This document shows, in pieces, positions 40,074 through 49,608 of a stretch of 64,000 bases of DNA. The notes beneath the pieces were generated by a model, which made no database searches, was not told where the DNA came from, and saw only the letters and a list, made by a program, of their open reading frames with translations. The DNA is taken from the NCBI GenBank assembly GCA_964485395.1, contig CAZAJF010000015.1, positions 16,008-80,007 on the forward strand, read 5' to 3'. A program made the position numbers and the translations under genes. How positions within the stretch are numbered: the first letter of the stretch is position 1; each line of letters starts with the position of its first letter. This stretch comes from an uncultured Treponemataceae bacterium. GTDB lineage: Bacteria > Spirochaetota > Spirochaetia > Treponematales > UBA12059.

Positions 40074-41297
40074 GTGAAGAAAAAGAAACCGCTGCTGCCC
40101 GCAATCATGCTTCTCCTGCTTTTGCAGCCGCTCTTTGCCGGTACCGAAGCCTTGGGGCGCGAGCTTTCGTCGCCGGCTCCGGCGGTTGACGCGGTGGCGA
40201 TAGCGATTATCGACTATGCCAACGGCGATGTGCTCTACGAAAGCAATTCCGACCTGATAATTCCCCCGGCGAGCCTCACGAAGCTCATGACGCTCCATGT
40301 CGCGTACGAGGCCATCGCCCGGGGCGAGGTGCAGAAAAGCACCGTCATTGACATATTGCCCCAGGAGACGTCCCCGCAGATTCCCTACGGCTCGTCGCTT
40401 ATGTACCTGCAGCCCGGCATGAGGGTTCCATTCCTGGACTTGATGCGCGGCATGGCCGTGGTCTCCGGCAACGACGCGGCCTTTACGGTCGCGAGGGTGC
40501 TGGCCGGTTCCAGCGAGAAGTTTTCCTTGCTCATGAACAAGGAAGCGGAAAAGCTCGGATTGGTAAAAACCCGTTTCGTGGAACCCTCGGGCCTTTCCGA
40601 ATTCAATGCGACGACGGCCCGCGAGATGGCCGCCTTTTCACGGTTCTATCTCATGCTCCACCCCGAATCCCTGGCGGAACTGCATTCGCTGTACAGCATG
40701 GAATTCCCCCGAGCCGACGTGATGCCCGCGGGGGCCGTCGTGCCCGCTCACAAGATCATGCTCAGGAACCGCAACGACCTCATCTTCGACTATCCTGGCT
40801 GCGACGGCCTCAAGACGGGCTTCATCTATGAATCCGGATATAATCTCGTGGCGACCGCGGAACGCGACGGTACCCGCTTGATACTCGTGACGCTCGGAGG
40901 CGTCAAGGGGACTTACGCGCGGACAAAAGGCGCGGAAGAGCTCATGGACTGGACCTTCGACAACTGGAAGACCGTCAGCCCCGAACTGCCCGCGATGGAC
41001 TCGCTCCGGGTATGGGGCAGCAAAGCCAGGTTCGCGCTGCCCGTTCCGCGGGAATCCCCGTCCTTCACCGTGAATAAAAAATCCGCTGGGAACATCCGGG
41101 TGAGGGCGGAACTGGCAGGCGACCTGCGCGCGCCCATAGCCGCGGGAACCAAGGTGGGGCAGCTGATATTCAGCTCCGAGGACCAGGTCCTGCGCCGCAT
41201 CGACCTCGTCATGCCGGCGGACCTTCCCAAAGGTAATATTTTTTTACAATTCGGCGACATGATCCACCGATTTTTCCTGAAGCTCTTCAGTCGCTAA
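40074..41297 (+). CDS. dacA: D-alanyl-D-alanine carboxypeptidase (peptidase S11)
   Basis: PASLTK, SGN and KTG motifs; start at GTG 40074. Confidence 0.92.
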   Translation: MKKKKPLLPAIMLLLLLQPLFAGTEALGRELSSPAPAVDAVAIAIIDYANGDVLYESNSDLIIPPASLTKLMTLHVAYEAIARGEVQKSTVIDILPQETSPQIPYGSSLMYLQPGMRVPFLDLMRGMAVVSGNDAAFTVARVLAGSSEKFSLLMNKEAEKLGLVKTRFVEPSGLSEFNATTAREMAAFSRFYLMLHPESLAELHSLYSMEFPRADVMPAGAVVPAHKIMLRNRNDLIFDYPGCDGLKTGFIYESGYNLVATAERDGTRLILVTLGGVKGTYARTKGAEELMDWTFDNWKTVSPELPAMDSLRVWGSKARFALPVPRESPSFTVNKKSAGNIRVRAELAGDLRAPIAAGTKVGQLIFSSEDQVLRRIDLVMPADLPKGNIFLQFGDMIHRFFLKLFSR

Positions 41298-42141
41298 AGC
41301 TGTATAGACCGTTCTCTCGGCGTACGAGCCCTTCCGCTACCAGCGCATCCGCCGCTTTTTCCAGCCTCGCGTAATCGAAGCCCGTGGCGGCCGCCAACTG
41401 CTCGGCGCTCTGGCCGGTTTTCTGCGACAGCGCCGCGAGGAGTCCCCCCCTCGCCTGCCGCAGGGAGCCCTCGAACCTCGACTGCCTGGCATAGCCCGAG
41501 CTCTTGCGCGACGGATTGGGCTCGCGCTTCTTTATGAAGGCGCCGTAATCCATGAACGCGTAATACCAGCGACGGGGATTTTCAGAATCCAGTACCAGAG
41601 CCGCTACTTTTTCAAGGATTCGATCCGATACTTTTTCCTCTTCGGGAAAAAACTGGAAGATCAAGGCGCTGCGGATATTGGTTTCAAGGAATACGGAAGG
41701 AATATCGAAGGCGAAAGCCATGACGGCGCGCGCCGTGTAGGCGCCCACCCCGGGAAGGGCCAGTAGCGAAGCCTCGTCGCAGGGTAGTATTCCACCATGC
41801 ATCTCGACGATGCGCCGGGCCGCTTCTCGGAGCCTCAGGGCGCGGTTATTGTACCCAAGACCCTTCCACGACGAATAGACTTGATCGAGCGGGGCTTCCG
41901 CAAGATTCCGAACGGTAGGAAAATCGATGAACCACTGCTCGTATTTTGGAGCCACCCGAACGGTCTGCGTCTGCTGCAGCATTATTTCGGAGACGAATAT
42001 CTTCCAAGGATCCCTGGTCTCGCGCCAAGCGAAACGCCGGCCTTCGACGGCATAGTTGGACAATACCGCGTCCCTGAAGCCGCTCAGGGCTTCGGGAGGC
42101 GGCATAGGCGGATCACTCCGCGAAGATGTGGACGTACTCAT
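41287..42141 (-). CDS. mutY: A/G-specific adenine glycosylase (MutY-like, short, no Fe-S motif)
   Basis: 'SEIMLQQTQ', 'WKGLGY', HhH 'LPGVGAYTA', 'ETNIR'. Confidence 0.85.
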   Translation of the reverse strand: MSTSTSSRSDPPMPPPEALSGFRDAVLSNYAVEGRRFAWRETRDPWKIFVSEIMLQQTQTVRVAPKYEQWFIDFPTVRNLAEAPLDQVYSSWKGLGYNNRALRLREAARRIVEMHGGILPCDEASLLALPGVGAYTARAVMAFAFDIPSVFLETNIRSALIFQFFPEEEKVSDRILEKVAALVLDSENPRRWYYAFMDYGAFIKKREPNPSRKSSGYARQSRFEGSLRQARGGLLAALSQKTGQSAEQLAAATGFDYARLEKAADALVAEGLVRRENGLYSFSD

Positions 42142-42715
42142 GCAGCAGTTCTTCCGCCTGGGTCTTGCAGCCGCCGCAGACGGTGCCGATCTTGGTGCGC
42201 TCCTGCAGGCCTTCCCAATCGCGCGCGCCCGCCTTTACGGCGTCCTCTATATCCCGGTCGGAGATGTTGAGGCAGGTGCATATTATCCTGGCGCCCTCGT
42301 TTCGGAACAGGCCTTCGCGCCCGGTCTTGGTCAGGTAATCGTCGATCGCGTCGCGCATGGCCTTGCAGCCGAGCACGGAGCAATGTATCTTGTTGTCCGG
42401 AAGCCCGCCGAGCCTGGCCGCGATTTCCTCGGGCTTAATGTTATACGCCTGCAACAGGGTGAGTCCCTTGACCACCTCTGACAGTATGGACGTGCTGGCG
42501 ATTGCGCTGGCGCACCCGTAGGTCTTCCAGCGAACGTCCATGATAACGTCGTCCTTTATCTTGAGCATGTACAGCATCTGGTCGCCGCACTTCACGTTGC
42601 CCGTGATCCCCTGGGCGTCGGCCACGAAATTCTCCGCGGGATTGAACACGTTCTTAGGATTGGTAAAATGCTCCTTTACCACGTCCGAATAAAGCCAGTT
42701 GAAAGCATCGCTCAT
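42113..42715 (-). CDS. nifU: Fe-S scaffold (IscU/NifU-N) fused to a BFD-like [2Fe-2S] domain
   Basis: 'EHFTNPKN', 'CGD', 'GCASAIAS', 'KIHCS', then 'CTC...GTVCGGC'. Confidence 0.9.
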   Translation of the reverse strand: MSDAFNWLYSDVVKEHFTNPKNVFNPAENFVADAQGITGNVKCGDQMLYMLKIKDDVIMDVRWKTYGCASAIASTSILSEVVKGLTLLQAYNIKPEEIAARLGGLPDNKIHCSVLGCKAMRDAIDDYLTKTGREGLFRNEGARIICTCLNISDRDIEDAVKAGARDWEGLQERTKIGTVCGGCKTQAEELLHEYVHIFAE

Positions 42716-42775
42716 AAAAACCTCCGTATAGACGCGATCCTGCCGGCTTCGCGCGAATTGATCATAATAAAAATA

Positions 42776-43945
42776 TTACCAGGATACCGTGGACATGGAT
42801 CTGAGCCGCTCGATTATCGGGGGCATGCGCTCCAGGACGTACCGGACATCCTCCTCCGAGGTATCCATGCCGAGACTGAAGCGGATGGAGCCGTGCGCGA
42901 GCTCGGGGCCCACGCCGGTGGCCATGAGCACGTGGCTGGGGTCGAGGCTTCCGGAAGCGCAGGCAGATCCCGTGGACACGGCGATTCCCGCGATATCCAG
43001 GTACAGGAGTATGGCCTCGCCTTCGGCGCCGGGGAAGGAAACATTGACGGTATTGGGAAGCACATGCTCCGGATGGCCGTTTATCCTGATCTTGGGAATG
43101 GCCTTCTCGAAGCCTTCCTTGAGCATTTTCCGCAGCGCGCCGGTATGCGCGGCGTAGGCGGCGAGGTTTGCGAAGGCGAGTTCCGCGGCCTTGCCGAATC
43201 CGTATATACCGAGGTTATTATAAGTTCCGGCTCGATGGCCATGCTCCTGGTGGCCTCCGCGGATAAGCGGCTCAAGCGGCGCGCCTTTGCGGATATACAG
43301 AGCGCCGACGCCCTTGGGGCCGTAGATCTTGTGGCTGGACAGCGTCAGGTAGTCCACGCCCAGTTCGTCCACCCGAACGGGAATTTTGCCCGCCGCCTGC
43401 GTGGCGTCGGTGTGCATGAAGGCACCCGCGGCCTTGGCGATGCCCGCTATGGTAGAGATATCCTGGATGGTGCCAATCTCGTTGTTCGCCGCCATGACGG
43501 AGACGAGCAGCGTGGTATCGTTTACCGCTGACTTGAGACGCTCCATGTCCACGCGTCCGTCGGGGTCCACGCCTACGAACGTAACGGGAAAACCCTCGGC
43601 CTCAAGCCATTTCGCGGCGTTGAGCACGCAGGGATGCTCTATCGCCGTGGTTACTATTCCATTACGTTTTTTACCGCGCCCCAGATGGAACATCGTGGCG
43701 AAAACAGTATTGTTGGACTCGGATCCGCCGCTCGTGAACACTACCCGCTCGGGATCTTTTTCAGCGCCGATCAGCCTGGCCACCGCCACCCGGGCAGCCT
43801 CTATTCCCGACCGGGCCTTTCTTCCGGCTTCGTGCATGCTCGAGGCGTTGGCGTACAGGTCCATGTCCGCGACCATCAGCGACTTCACCTCGGGATGCAG
43901 CGGCGTAGACGCGTTATAATCCATATACACGAAACGGTTACTCAT
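42776..43945 (-). CDS. iscS: Cysteine desulfurase (NifS/IscS)
   Basis: 'YMDYNASTP', 'FTSGGSESNN', 'SSHKIYGPKG', 'STGSACAS'. Confidence 0.95.
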   Translation of the reverse strand: MSNRFVYMDYNASTPLHPEVKSLMVADMDLYANASSMHEAGRKARSGIEAARVAVARLIGAEKDPERVVFTSGGSESNNTVFATMFHLGRGKKRNGIVTTAIEHPCVLNAAKWLEAEGFPVTFVGVDPDGRVDMERLKSAVNDTTLLVSVMAANNEIGTIQDISTIAGIAKAAGAFMHTDATQAAGKIPVRVDELGVDYLTLSSHKIYGPKGVGALYIRKGAPLEPLIRGGHQEHGHRAGTYNNLGIYGFGKAAELAFANLAAYAAHTGALRKMLKEGFEKAIPKIRINGHPEHVLPNTVNVSFPGAEGEAILLYLDIAGIAVSTGSACASGSLDPSHVLMATGVGPELAHGSIRFSLGMDTSEEDVRYVLERMPPIIERLRSMSTVSW

Positions 43946-44351
43946 GATTTGCTCCTTCGCTGATGTCGCGCAGCGTCCTGCCGCCGAGGTAATGGTCTAT
44001 CGCGTCCTTGAGGCCTATCCAAAACTGCCGCGGCAGGCAGGAATTTCCCTGCGCGCAAGCTCCGGGAAGCTTGACGCAATTTACGGGCATGACGCTGCCG
44101 TCCATGGCCTCCACGATGGAAAGCATGGAGATATCGTCCGGGCTGGCCTGGAGTTTATAGCCGCCGTGCTTTCCGCGCTCGACCATGACAAGGCCCGAGT
44201 CTTTGAGGTGCGTCATTATTCCTTCGAGGTATTTTGAGGGGATATGTTCCGATGCCGCGATTTCCGCGGTTGTGCACACTTCATCCTGATGCCTTGCCAA
44301 GTGGGACATCGCGCGGATGGCGTACTGCGTTTTAGCCGAAACGGAAAACAT
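43938..44351 (-). CDS. Rrf2-family regulator (IscR-like, three Cys)
   Basis: 'YAIRAM', 'YLEGIM', 'RGKHGGY', C-x6-C-x5-C. Confidence 0.92.
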   Translation of the reverse strand: MFSVSAKTQYAIRAMSHLARHQDEVCTTAEIAASEHIPSKYLEGIMTHLKDSGLVMVERGKHGGYKLQASPDDISMLSIVEAMDGSVMPVNCVKLPGACAQGNSCLPRQFWIGLKDAIDHYLGGRTLRDISEGANHE

Positions 44352-44366
44352 GGCTGCATCAACTCC

Positions 44367-44418
44367 TATATCCCTACCGGGATACTAGGAATATACAAAA
44401 ACGGCATTACGCTGTCAA
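44367..44418 (-). promoter_or_regulatory. Promoter and Rrf2-type operator of the rrf2-iscS-nifU operon
   Basis: TTGACA(44418-44413)-17 nt-TATATT, overlapped by the imperfect palindrome TATATTCCTAG-TATCCCG-GTAGGGATATA (44395-44367); AGGAG SD follows. Confidence 0.75.
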
Positions 44419-44457
44419 GAGCGCTCCAGGCAAATCTGCCGGATTATCCGACCCGCT

Positions 44458-45348
44458 CTATCTGAACTTTTTTTGTTTCCGTAAAAACGCGCCGACTATC
44501 ACGACAAGCGCGGTTATGACGTACGGAATAGCCATGATTATCTCGGACGACAGAGAATGGATGCTCTGCGCCCTGTTGGCCAGCCCGAGAAGCACGGCGA
44601 ACAATAATACAGCCAGCAGCGTACCGCCCAACTTCTTGCCGCCGAGGTAGACGGCCACAAGCGCTATCCAGCCACGCCCCGAGCTCAGGTTGGGAACCCA
44701 TGCCCCTACCGAAGAAGCAAGCGCCGCACCCGAGATTCCGCAGGCTATGCCGGAAAACAGATAGGCAGCCCTACGTATGGAAGATGGATCGATGCCGGCC
44801 ATGCGCAAGGATTCCGCGTTGATGCCCGTTGCCCTGGCACGCAGCCCGAAAGGCGTGGCGCCGAGCATGAGGGACAATCCCAAAACGGACGCGAGGGCAA
44901 GATAATCGGAGAGCCGGTTACCGAGGAATATTTCCGCGAAGGCAGGGAGCGAGAGGGCCAAATCGGCGAATGGGCGTCCAGACATCAAAGCGGGAACCGA
45001 GACGACGCCTTTGGTGCTGAATATCCAGAAGGAGATCACCGAAGCGAGCCCCGGCACGAGAAGGTTTACGCCAAGCCCGATTACGAAGGAATCGGCGCGC
45101 GCCTTACAGGCGAAAAAATCGGACAGCCAGGCGATGAGGGCGGGAACGAGCATGGCCGCGAGCACACCGGCGAAAGGACCCAAGACGGAGCCGACGGCGA
45201 TATAGGAAAATCCGCCGGCCAGTATCAGTCCCTCGAGCGAGATATTGAGGAATCCGACATACTCGGTTACGAGGCCTCCGAGGGCGGCCGGCGCCAGCGG
45301 GGCGAAGGCCGAGATGAGATCCGCCACGAACTGCCACGCGCCCTTCAC
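44458..45348 (-). CDS. ABC transporter permease (nucleoside/sugar type)
   Basis: 'LNISLEG', 'TPFGLRARATG', 'GRGWIALVAV'. Confidence 0.9.
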   Translation of the reverse strand: MKGAWQFVADLISAFAPLAPAALGGLVTEYVGFLNISLEGLILAGGFSYIAVGSVLGPFAGVLAAMLVPALIAWLSDFFACKARADSFVIGLGVNLLVPGLASVISFWIFSTKGVVSVPALMSGRPFADLALSLPAFAEIFLGNRLSDYLALASVLGLSLMLGATPFGLRARATGINAESLRMAGIDPSSIRRAAYLFSGIACGISGAALASSVGAWVPNLSSGRGWIALVAVYLGGKKLGGTLLAVLLFAVLLGLANRAQSIHSLSSEIIMAIPYVITALVVIVGAFLRKQKKFR

Positions 45349-46400
45349 GGCTGGCTCCTTCGCGGAGATTTAAGCATGCCGAATATTTTCTTTACGCCGA
45401 GCAGGGCCGGTCTCGCGCTGATTACGATTATCACGAGGGCCTTGATTACCACGCTGATGTCGTAGGGAATGTCGGAAAGCACGGAGGACTGCCTGGCGCC
45501 GGCGTCCAGCCAAACAAACACGAGGGCGGCGAACGGGGCCGCGGCGGGTTTGCCCGCGGCGATGAGCGCCACTCCGATGGCGCCCCAGCCTACCCCGCCG
45601 CTCATGCCGCGCACCGCCGTTCCGTTCAGCCCAAGGACCATGCAGGCGCCGGCGAGCCCGTGCATCGCACCGGAAACGATCATGGGATAGAGTGAAAATT
45701 TATTTACCGGGAAGCCCTGTATCTCGGCGAACAGCGGATTCTTGCCGTACAGGGAAAGCATCCTGCCGGATCTGGTGCGGTCCAGGGCGATCGCGAAAAC
45801 CAGGGTAAAGGCCAGGGCGATGATCGGGGCGACGGTCAGGGAGGAAGGACGGGCGAGCCGGGGCAGGAGACTTCCCGGATACACGGGAGCCATGGCCACG
45901 AGGTTGTTCGAGGAATCCCGCAGGGAGCCTCCAATCAGGCCGTCAACGACGAGCATGGCCGCTTGGGAGAGCAGAAAGCTCGTAAGGAGAACGTCGGCGT
46001 CGGCGAAACGCTTGCCAAGGGCGGACGGCAGGGCCACCAGGATTCCCCCGAAGGCTCCCGCCGCCAGGACAAGCGCGGAAGCTCCCGCCGGCCACGGCAT
46101 GGCCCCGACGATCGGGGAGGCGCCGACGAGCGCCGCGAGGCAGGCTCCGGCGTACAGTTGGCCTTCGCCGCCCAGAGAAAACTGCCCGGCCCTGAAGGCG
46201 ACGATGGTTCCGAGCGCGCACAGCACGAGCGGGGCGGCCAGCTCGATCATGCCGAGAAACACGTTGCGAGCGGAAAACGGCATCAGGAAAAACACGCGCA
46301 GGGCGCGCTCGGGCTCTGCCGATACGATGAATATGGCGGCTGCCGCGAGGATCACGGAACCGAATACAGCGATGGCAAGCCGTCTGGCTATCTTGTTCAC
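45345..46400 (-). CDS. ABC transporter permease (nucleoside/sugar type)
   Basis: 'FRAGQFSLGGEGQ', 'GWGAIGVAL'. Confidence 0.9.
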   Translation of the reverse strand: MNKIARRLAIAVFGSVILAAAAIFIVSAEPERALRVFFLMPFSARNVFLGMIELAAPLVLCALGTIVAFRAGQFSLGGEGQLYAGACLAALVGASPIVGAMPWPAGASALVLAAGAFGGILVALPSALGKRFADADVLLTSFLLSQAAMLVVDGLIGGSLRDSSNNLVAMAPVYPGSLLPRLARPSSLTVAPIIALAFTLVFAIALDRTRSGRMLSLYGKNPLFAEIQGFPVNKFSLYPMIVSGAMHGLAGACMVLGLNGTAVRGMSGGVGWGAIGVALIAAGKPAAAPFAALVFVWLDAGARQSSVLSDIPYDISVVIKALVIIVISARPALLGVKKIFGMLKSPRRSQP

Positions 46401-47905
46401 GAGCGGCCGCCCGTCAGGAGCGACGCAAAGGGCGCCTGCCGATCCGGGCCGGCGCCCGACGCCGTCTCCACAGGGAGCAGGGCTCCCCGGTAGAGCACGA
46501 ACGACCTTGAGGCGAGCGCGGAAAAATCTTCCGCGTCCGTGCAGAGCATGAGGATGGCGGCTCCCTGGCCGCGCAGCTCCAGGAGCCTGGAAAGAATCGT
46601 GAGCCTGGCGGCCGCGTCCAGCCCCTGTACGGGATTGGCGGCGAGCACGAACGGAAAATAATCGGCGAGCTCGCGCGCGGCGACGAGGCGCTGCCGGTTG
46701 CCGCCGGAGAGGGATTGCGCCTCGCTGGCGGGCAGAGCCTTGATGGAAAAACCGTCCATCAAGGCTCGTGCGGCGTTACCCGGCTCGCGGCCCCGAAGCA
46801 AATCCGGCCGGGGAATATTCGGCAGCTTGCCGGCGCTTATGTTGTCCCCGATAGCCGCGTGAAGGCACAGGCCGGCGGCTTCGCGATCCGAGGGAATATA
46901 CGCCATCTTTTTTCTGGGGCTTCCGTGTTTTTTTGCGATCGGGGGTTCCCCGAAAATCTCAACGCTGCCGCGCTGCGGCGCGACAAGCTTGGCGCAGACA
47001 GCCTCGAGAGTCTCCAAGCCGTTTCCGCTCAAGGCGGCGACGCCAACGATCTCGCCCGAACATACGGTTAATGAAACATCACTCAAGGAATCGGCTCCGA
47101 GGCCATGCACGCAGACCGAGTCGAGCCTGAAAACCGCGCTGCCCGCTGGCGCGTGAACCGCGGCGCCTCGGGGCTCCGAAACTCCGGGCACGATCAGATT
47201 GGAGAGCGCGGGCTCATCGAGGCCGGAAACGCTTTCGGTCCGCTCCACCCTGCCGCCCCGCATTACCGTAACCCTGTCCGCTATTGCGAGGATTTCCTTG
47301 GCGCGGTGGGAGATGTACACGATTCCCGTGCCGGACGCCTTGAGCCGCGCGATCAGGTCGAACAGATGGCCGCACTCGTGTTCGTTGAGAACGGTCGTAG
47401 GCTCGTCCAGCACAAGTACGCGCACGCCGCGGGCCAAGGCCCGGAGTATCTCGGCCTCGCGCCGGGCGGAGGCGGACAGGAGCCGCACGGGACTCGTAAG
47501 GTCAAGGGAAAAACCGAAGCGCTCGGCTACGGCCATGGCGTCCAGCTCGGCCTTGCGGGCATTGTAAAAAAAGCCGAAAAGGAGCGGCTCGTGTCCCAAA
47601 GCCATATTTTCCGCCACGGTAAGGTTGGCCGCGAGCATCGAGTGCTGGGGGACGAAACCGATGCCCGCGCGCTCGGCGTCCTTATGGGAGGCAAAGCGCG
47701 TGAGTTTTCCGAACACCTCGACGGAGCCTGAATCCGGAATCTCGAATCCGGCGAGAATTTTGGCCAAGGTGGACTTGCCAGCGCCGTTCTCGCCCACAAG
47801 GGCATGGACTTCTCCGGGAATCAGCGAAAAATCGGCGTTATCTACGGCGAGGACGCCGGTAGAACTGTACAGCTTGCTGACTCCGCGAAGGACGATTCCA
47901 TTCAT
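46397..47905 (-). CDS. ABC transporter ATP-binding protein with two NBDs
   Basis: GENGAGKS, 'LVLDEPT', 'LSGGNRQ'. Confidence 0.92.
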   Translation of the reverse strand: MNGIVLRGVSKLYSSTGVLAVDNADFSLIPGEVHALVGENGAGKSTLAKILAGFEIPDSGSVEVFGKLTRFASHKDAERAGIGFVPQHSMLAANLTVAENMALGHEPLLFGFFYNARKAELDAMAVAERFGFSLDLTSPVRLLSASARREAEILRALARGVRVLVLDEPTTVLNEHECGHLFDLIARLKASGTGIVYISHRAKEILAIADRVTVMRGGRVERTESVSGLDEPALSNLIVPGVSEPRGAAVHAPAGSAVFRLDSVCVHGLGADSLSDVSLTVCSGEIVGVAALSGNGLETLEAVCAKLVAPQRGSVEIFGEPPIAKKHGSPRKKMAYIPSDREAAGLCLHAAIGDNISAGKLPNIPRPDLLRGREPGNAARALMDGFSIKALPASEAQSLSGGNRQRLVAARELADYFPFVLAANPVQGLDAAARLTILSRLLELRGQGAAILMLCTDAEDFSALASRSFVLYRGALLPVETASGAGPDRQAPFASLLTGGRS

Positions 47906-47922
47906 AGACTCTCAAGATACAA

Positions 47923-48951
47923 TCAGAACGAACTCAAGGTAAAGTCCGGATTTCCTTTTTTAAGCTCTGCGACCGCTTTTTGCATCGAAGAACGCACGGA
48001 TTCGGACAAAGCCCGGTAACCGTCGCCGTTGGCGCTGAAGTCCACGTAGCCGTCGTGCACGCCCACGATATCCGCCCGACCGTACAGCTTTCCGTTTCCT
48101 CCGAGGATCGCCTTGACCCTCTCGTACACGAGTATGTCTTGCGCGAGCACCGCGCAGCCGATTACGGTGGAGGAAGAAACGGCGTAGCCGGAACCGTCGA
48201 ACCAGACGATCTTCTTTCCCTTGTCCTGCGCCTGGGCGATGACGCCCTGACCCGCGCCGCCGGCTATCGGCAGAATCACCATGGCGCCGGAATCATATAA
48301 GGCTCCCGCGAGCTCGGCTGCCTTGTTGGCATCGTACCAGTTGCCGATTTCCCGGTATTCCAGCTTGAACGAAGGATCGACGGCCTTCAGGCCCGCTTCG
48401 AAACCGGGCTGTATCAACTTGTCCATGGTCGGATAGCGCTGGGCGGAAATCAGGCCTGCGACCAAAGGTCCGTTGGGATTTGCCTCTTTGGTTACGAGGC
48501 CGGCGAGATAGCCGACGATGTAGCCTTGTTCCTTCTGATTATAGAGCACCGTGTGGATGGAAGCGTTGTCCTTGAGATAGGCGTCGGCTATAAAAAACTT
48601 CTGGGCGGGATAATCCGCGGCGACCTTGGCGCACAGCTCGGGCAAGGCGGGATTTGAAGTTACGATCAATTCGAACTCGCCGGACGACGCCACGGCGACG
48701 AGCCTGTCCAGCCACTCGGACTGGTTGTATCCGGCCTCGATTATCTTGATCGTGGCATTGGGGGTCTCCGTCACGGCCTTTTGGGCGCCCGCTACGAGCA
48801 TTTCATAAATAGGACTGCCGGAAGCCACGCCGGGAATAAATACGGCTACATCCAGCTGGCCGGCGGCTTTAGCGGCGCGGGAGCAGGAAAAAAAGACGGC
48901 AGCCATGGCCAGCAGGGCTGCGGCTAAAAACACTTTGTTCGATGAACGCAT
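47923..48951 (-). CDS. BMP-family ABC substrate-binding lipoprotein
   Basis: Lipobox FFS-C; 'GYIVGYLAG', 'GNWYDANKA', 'AGGAGQG'. Confidence 0.88.
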   Translation of the reverse strand: MRSSNKVFLAAALLAMAAVFFSCSRAAKAAGQLDVAVFIPGVASGSPIYEMLVAGAQKAVTETPNATIKIIEAGYNQSEWLDRLVAVASSGEFELIVTSNPALPELCAKVAADYPAQKFFIADAYLKDNASIHTVLYNQKEQGYIVGYLAGLVTKEANPNGPLVAGLISAQRYPTMDKLIQPGFEAGLKAVDPSFKLEYREIGNWYDANKAAELAGALYDSGAMVILPIAGGAGQGVIAQAQDKGKKIVWFDGSGYAVSSSTVIGCAVLAQDILVYERVKAILGGNGKLYGRADIVGVHDGYVDFSANGDGYRALSESVRSSMQKAVAELKKGNPDFTLSSF

Positions 48952-48980
48952 GGATTCTCCTTACTTACTACGAAATACTT

Positions 48981-49009
48981 AAATTCAATTCGCGAGGCGA
49001 ATTGAATTT
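48981..49009. repeat. Third copy of the 29-bp palindrome family
   Basis: AAATTCAATTCGC-GAG-GCGAATTGAATTT. Confidence 0.8.
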
Positions 49010-49122
49010 TCTGAACAACCGCAAAGTCCGGCACTGCCCGTGGCTGTTCCAATTCTTGCAGGCGCAGGGTATACTATTTTCGCGATTGGCGGGGAGGGCC
49101 TTGAAACTGCCCCTGCCGCAAG

Positions 49123-49140
49123 CTTACGTTAAAGGTAAAG
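49123..49140 (+). promoter_or_regulatory. Putative MerR-family operator
   Basis: Imperfect palindrome TTACGT-TAA-AGGTAA just upstream of the merR start. Confidence 0.4.
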
Positions 49141-49143
49141 TTG

Positions 49144-49608
49144 ATGAATCCTGAAACCACCTACAAGATCGGCGAACTCGCGCGCATGTTCGGCATAACC
49201 GCGCGCACGATCCGCTATTACGAAGAGCTGGGCCTGCTTGAAGCCTGCGACCGAAACGAAACCGCGCACCGGCACTACGGCGAAAAAAACGCGGTGCGCC
49301 TCAAGAGAATCCAGCAGCTCAAGGACTACGGGCTCACCCTCGCGGAGATCCACGAACTGTTCGAGCTGTCGAGAAAAGACAGGAGCGGAACCAGCGTACG
49401 GAAGCGACTGGCGGACCAGTATCAACAGAAAATCGACGAAGCCCATAAAAAAAGGGCCCTGCTGGATGATTATATAGAAGATTTGTCGTGGCACCTGGAG
49501 CAGTTGGATAAAGTGGCCAATTTCTACGAGTGCCCGGGCGCCGCCTGCGACACCTGCGCGTGGCACGAACGCTGCGACATGCGGCTGCTCGTCACGAAAG
49601 GCGCCTGA
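49144..49608 (+). CDS. MerR-family regulator with a Cys-rich C-terminus
   Basis: 'YKIGELARMFGITARTIRYYEELGLL'; tail CPGAACDTCAWHERC. Confidence 0.92.
   Translation: MNPETTYKIGELARMFGITARTIRYYEELGLLEACDRNETAHRHYGEKNAVRLKRIQQLKDYGLTLAEIHELFELSRKDRSGTSVRKRLADQYQQKIDEAHKKRALLDDYIEDLSWHLEQLDKVANFYECPGAACDTCAWHERCDMRLLVTKGA

Noticed and set aside
46397-47905. Degenerate motifs in the ABC ATPase (no second Walker A; 'ANP' in Walker B)
   Set aside because: Asymmetric NBD degeneration is usual in two-domain sugar/nucleoside ABC ATPases; the frame is intact
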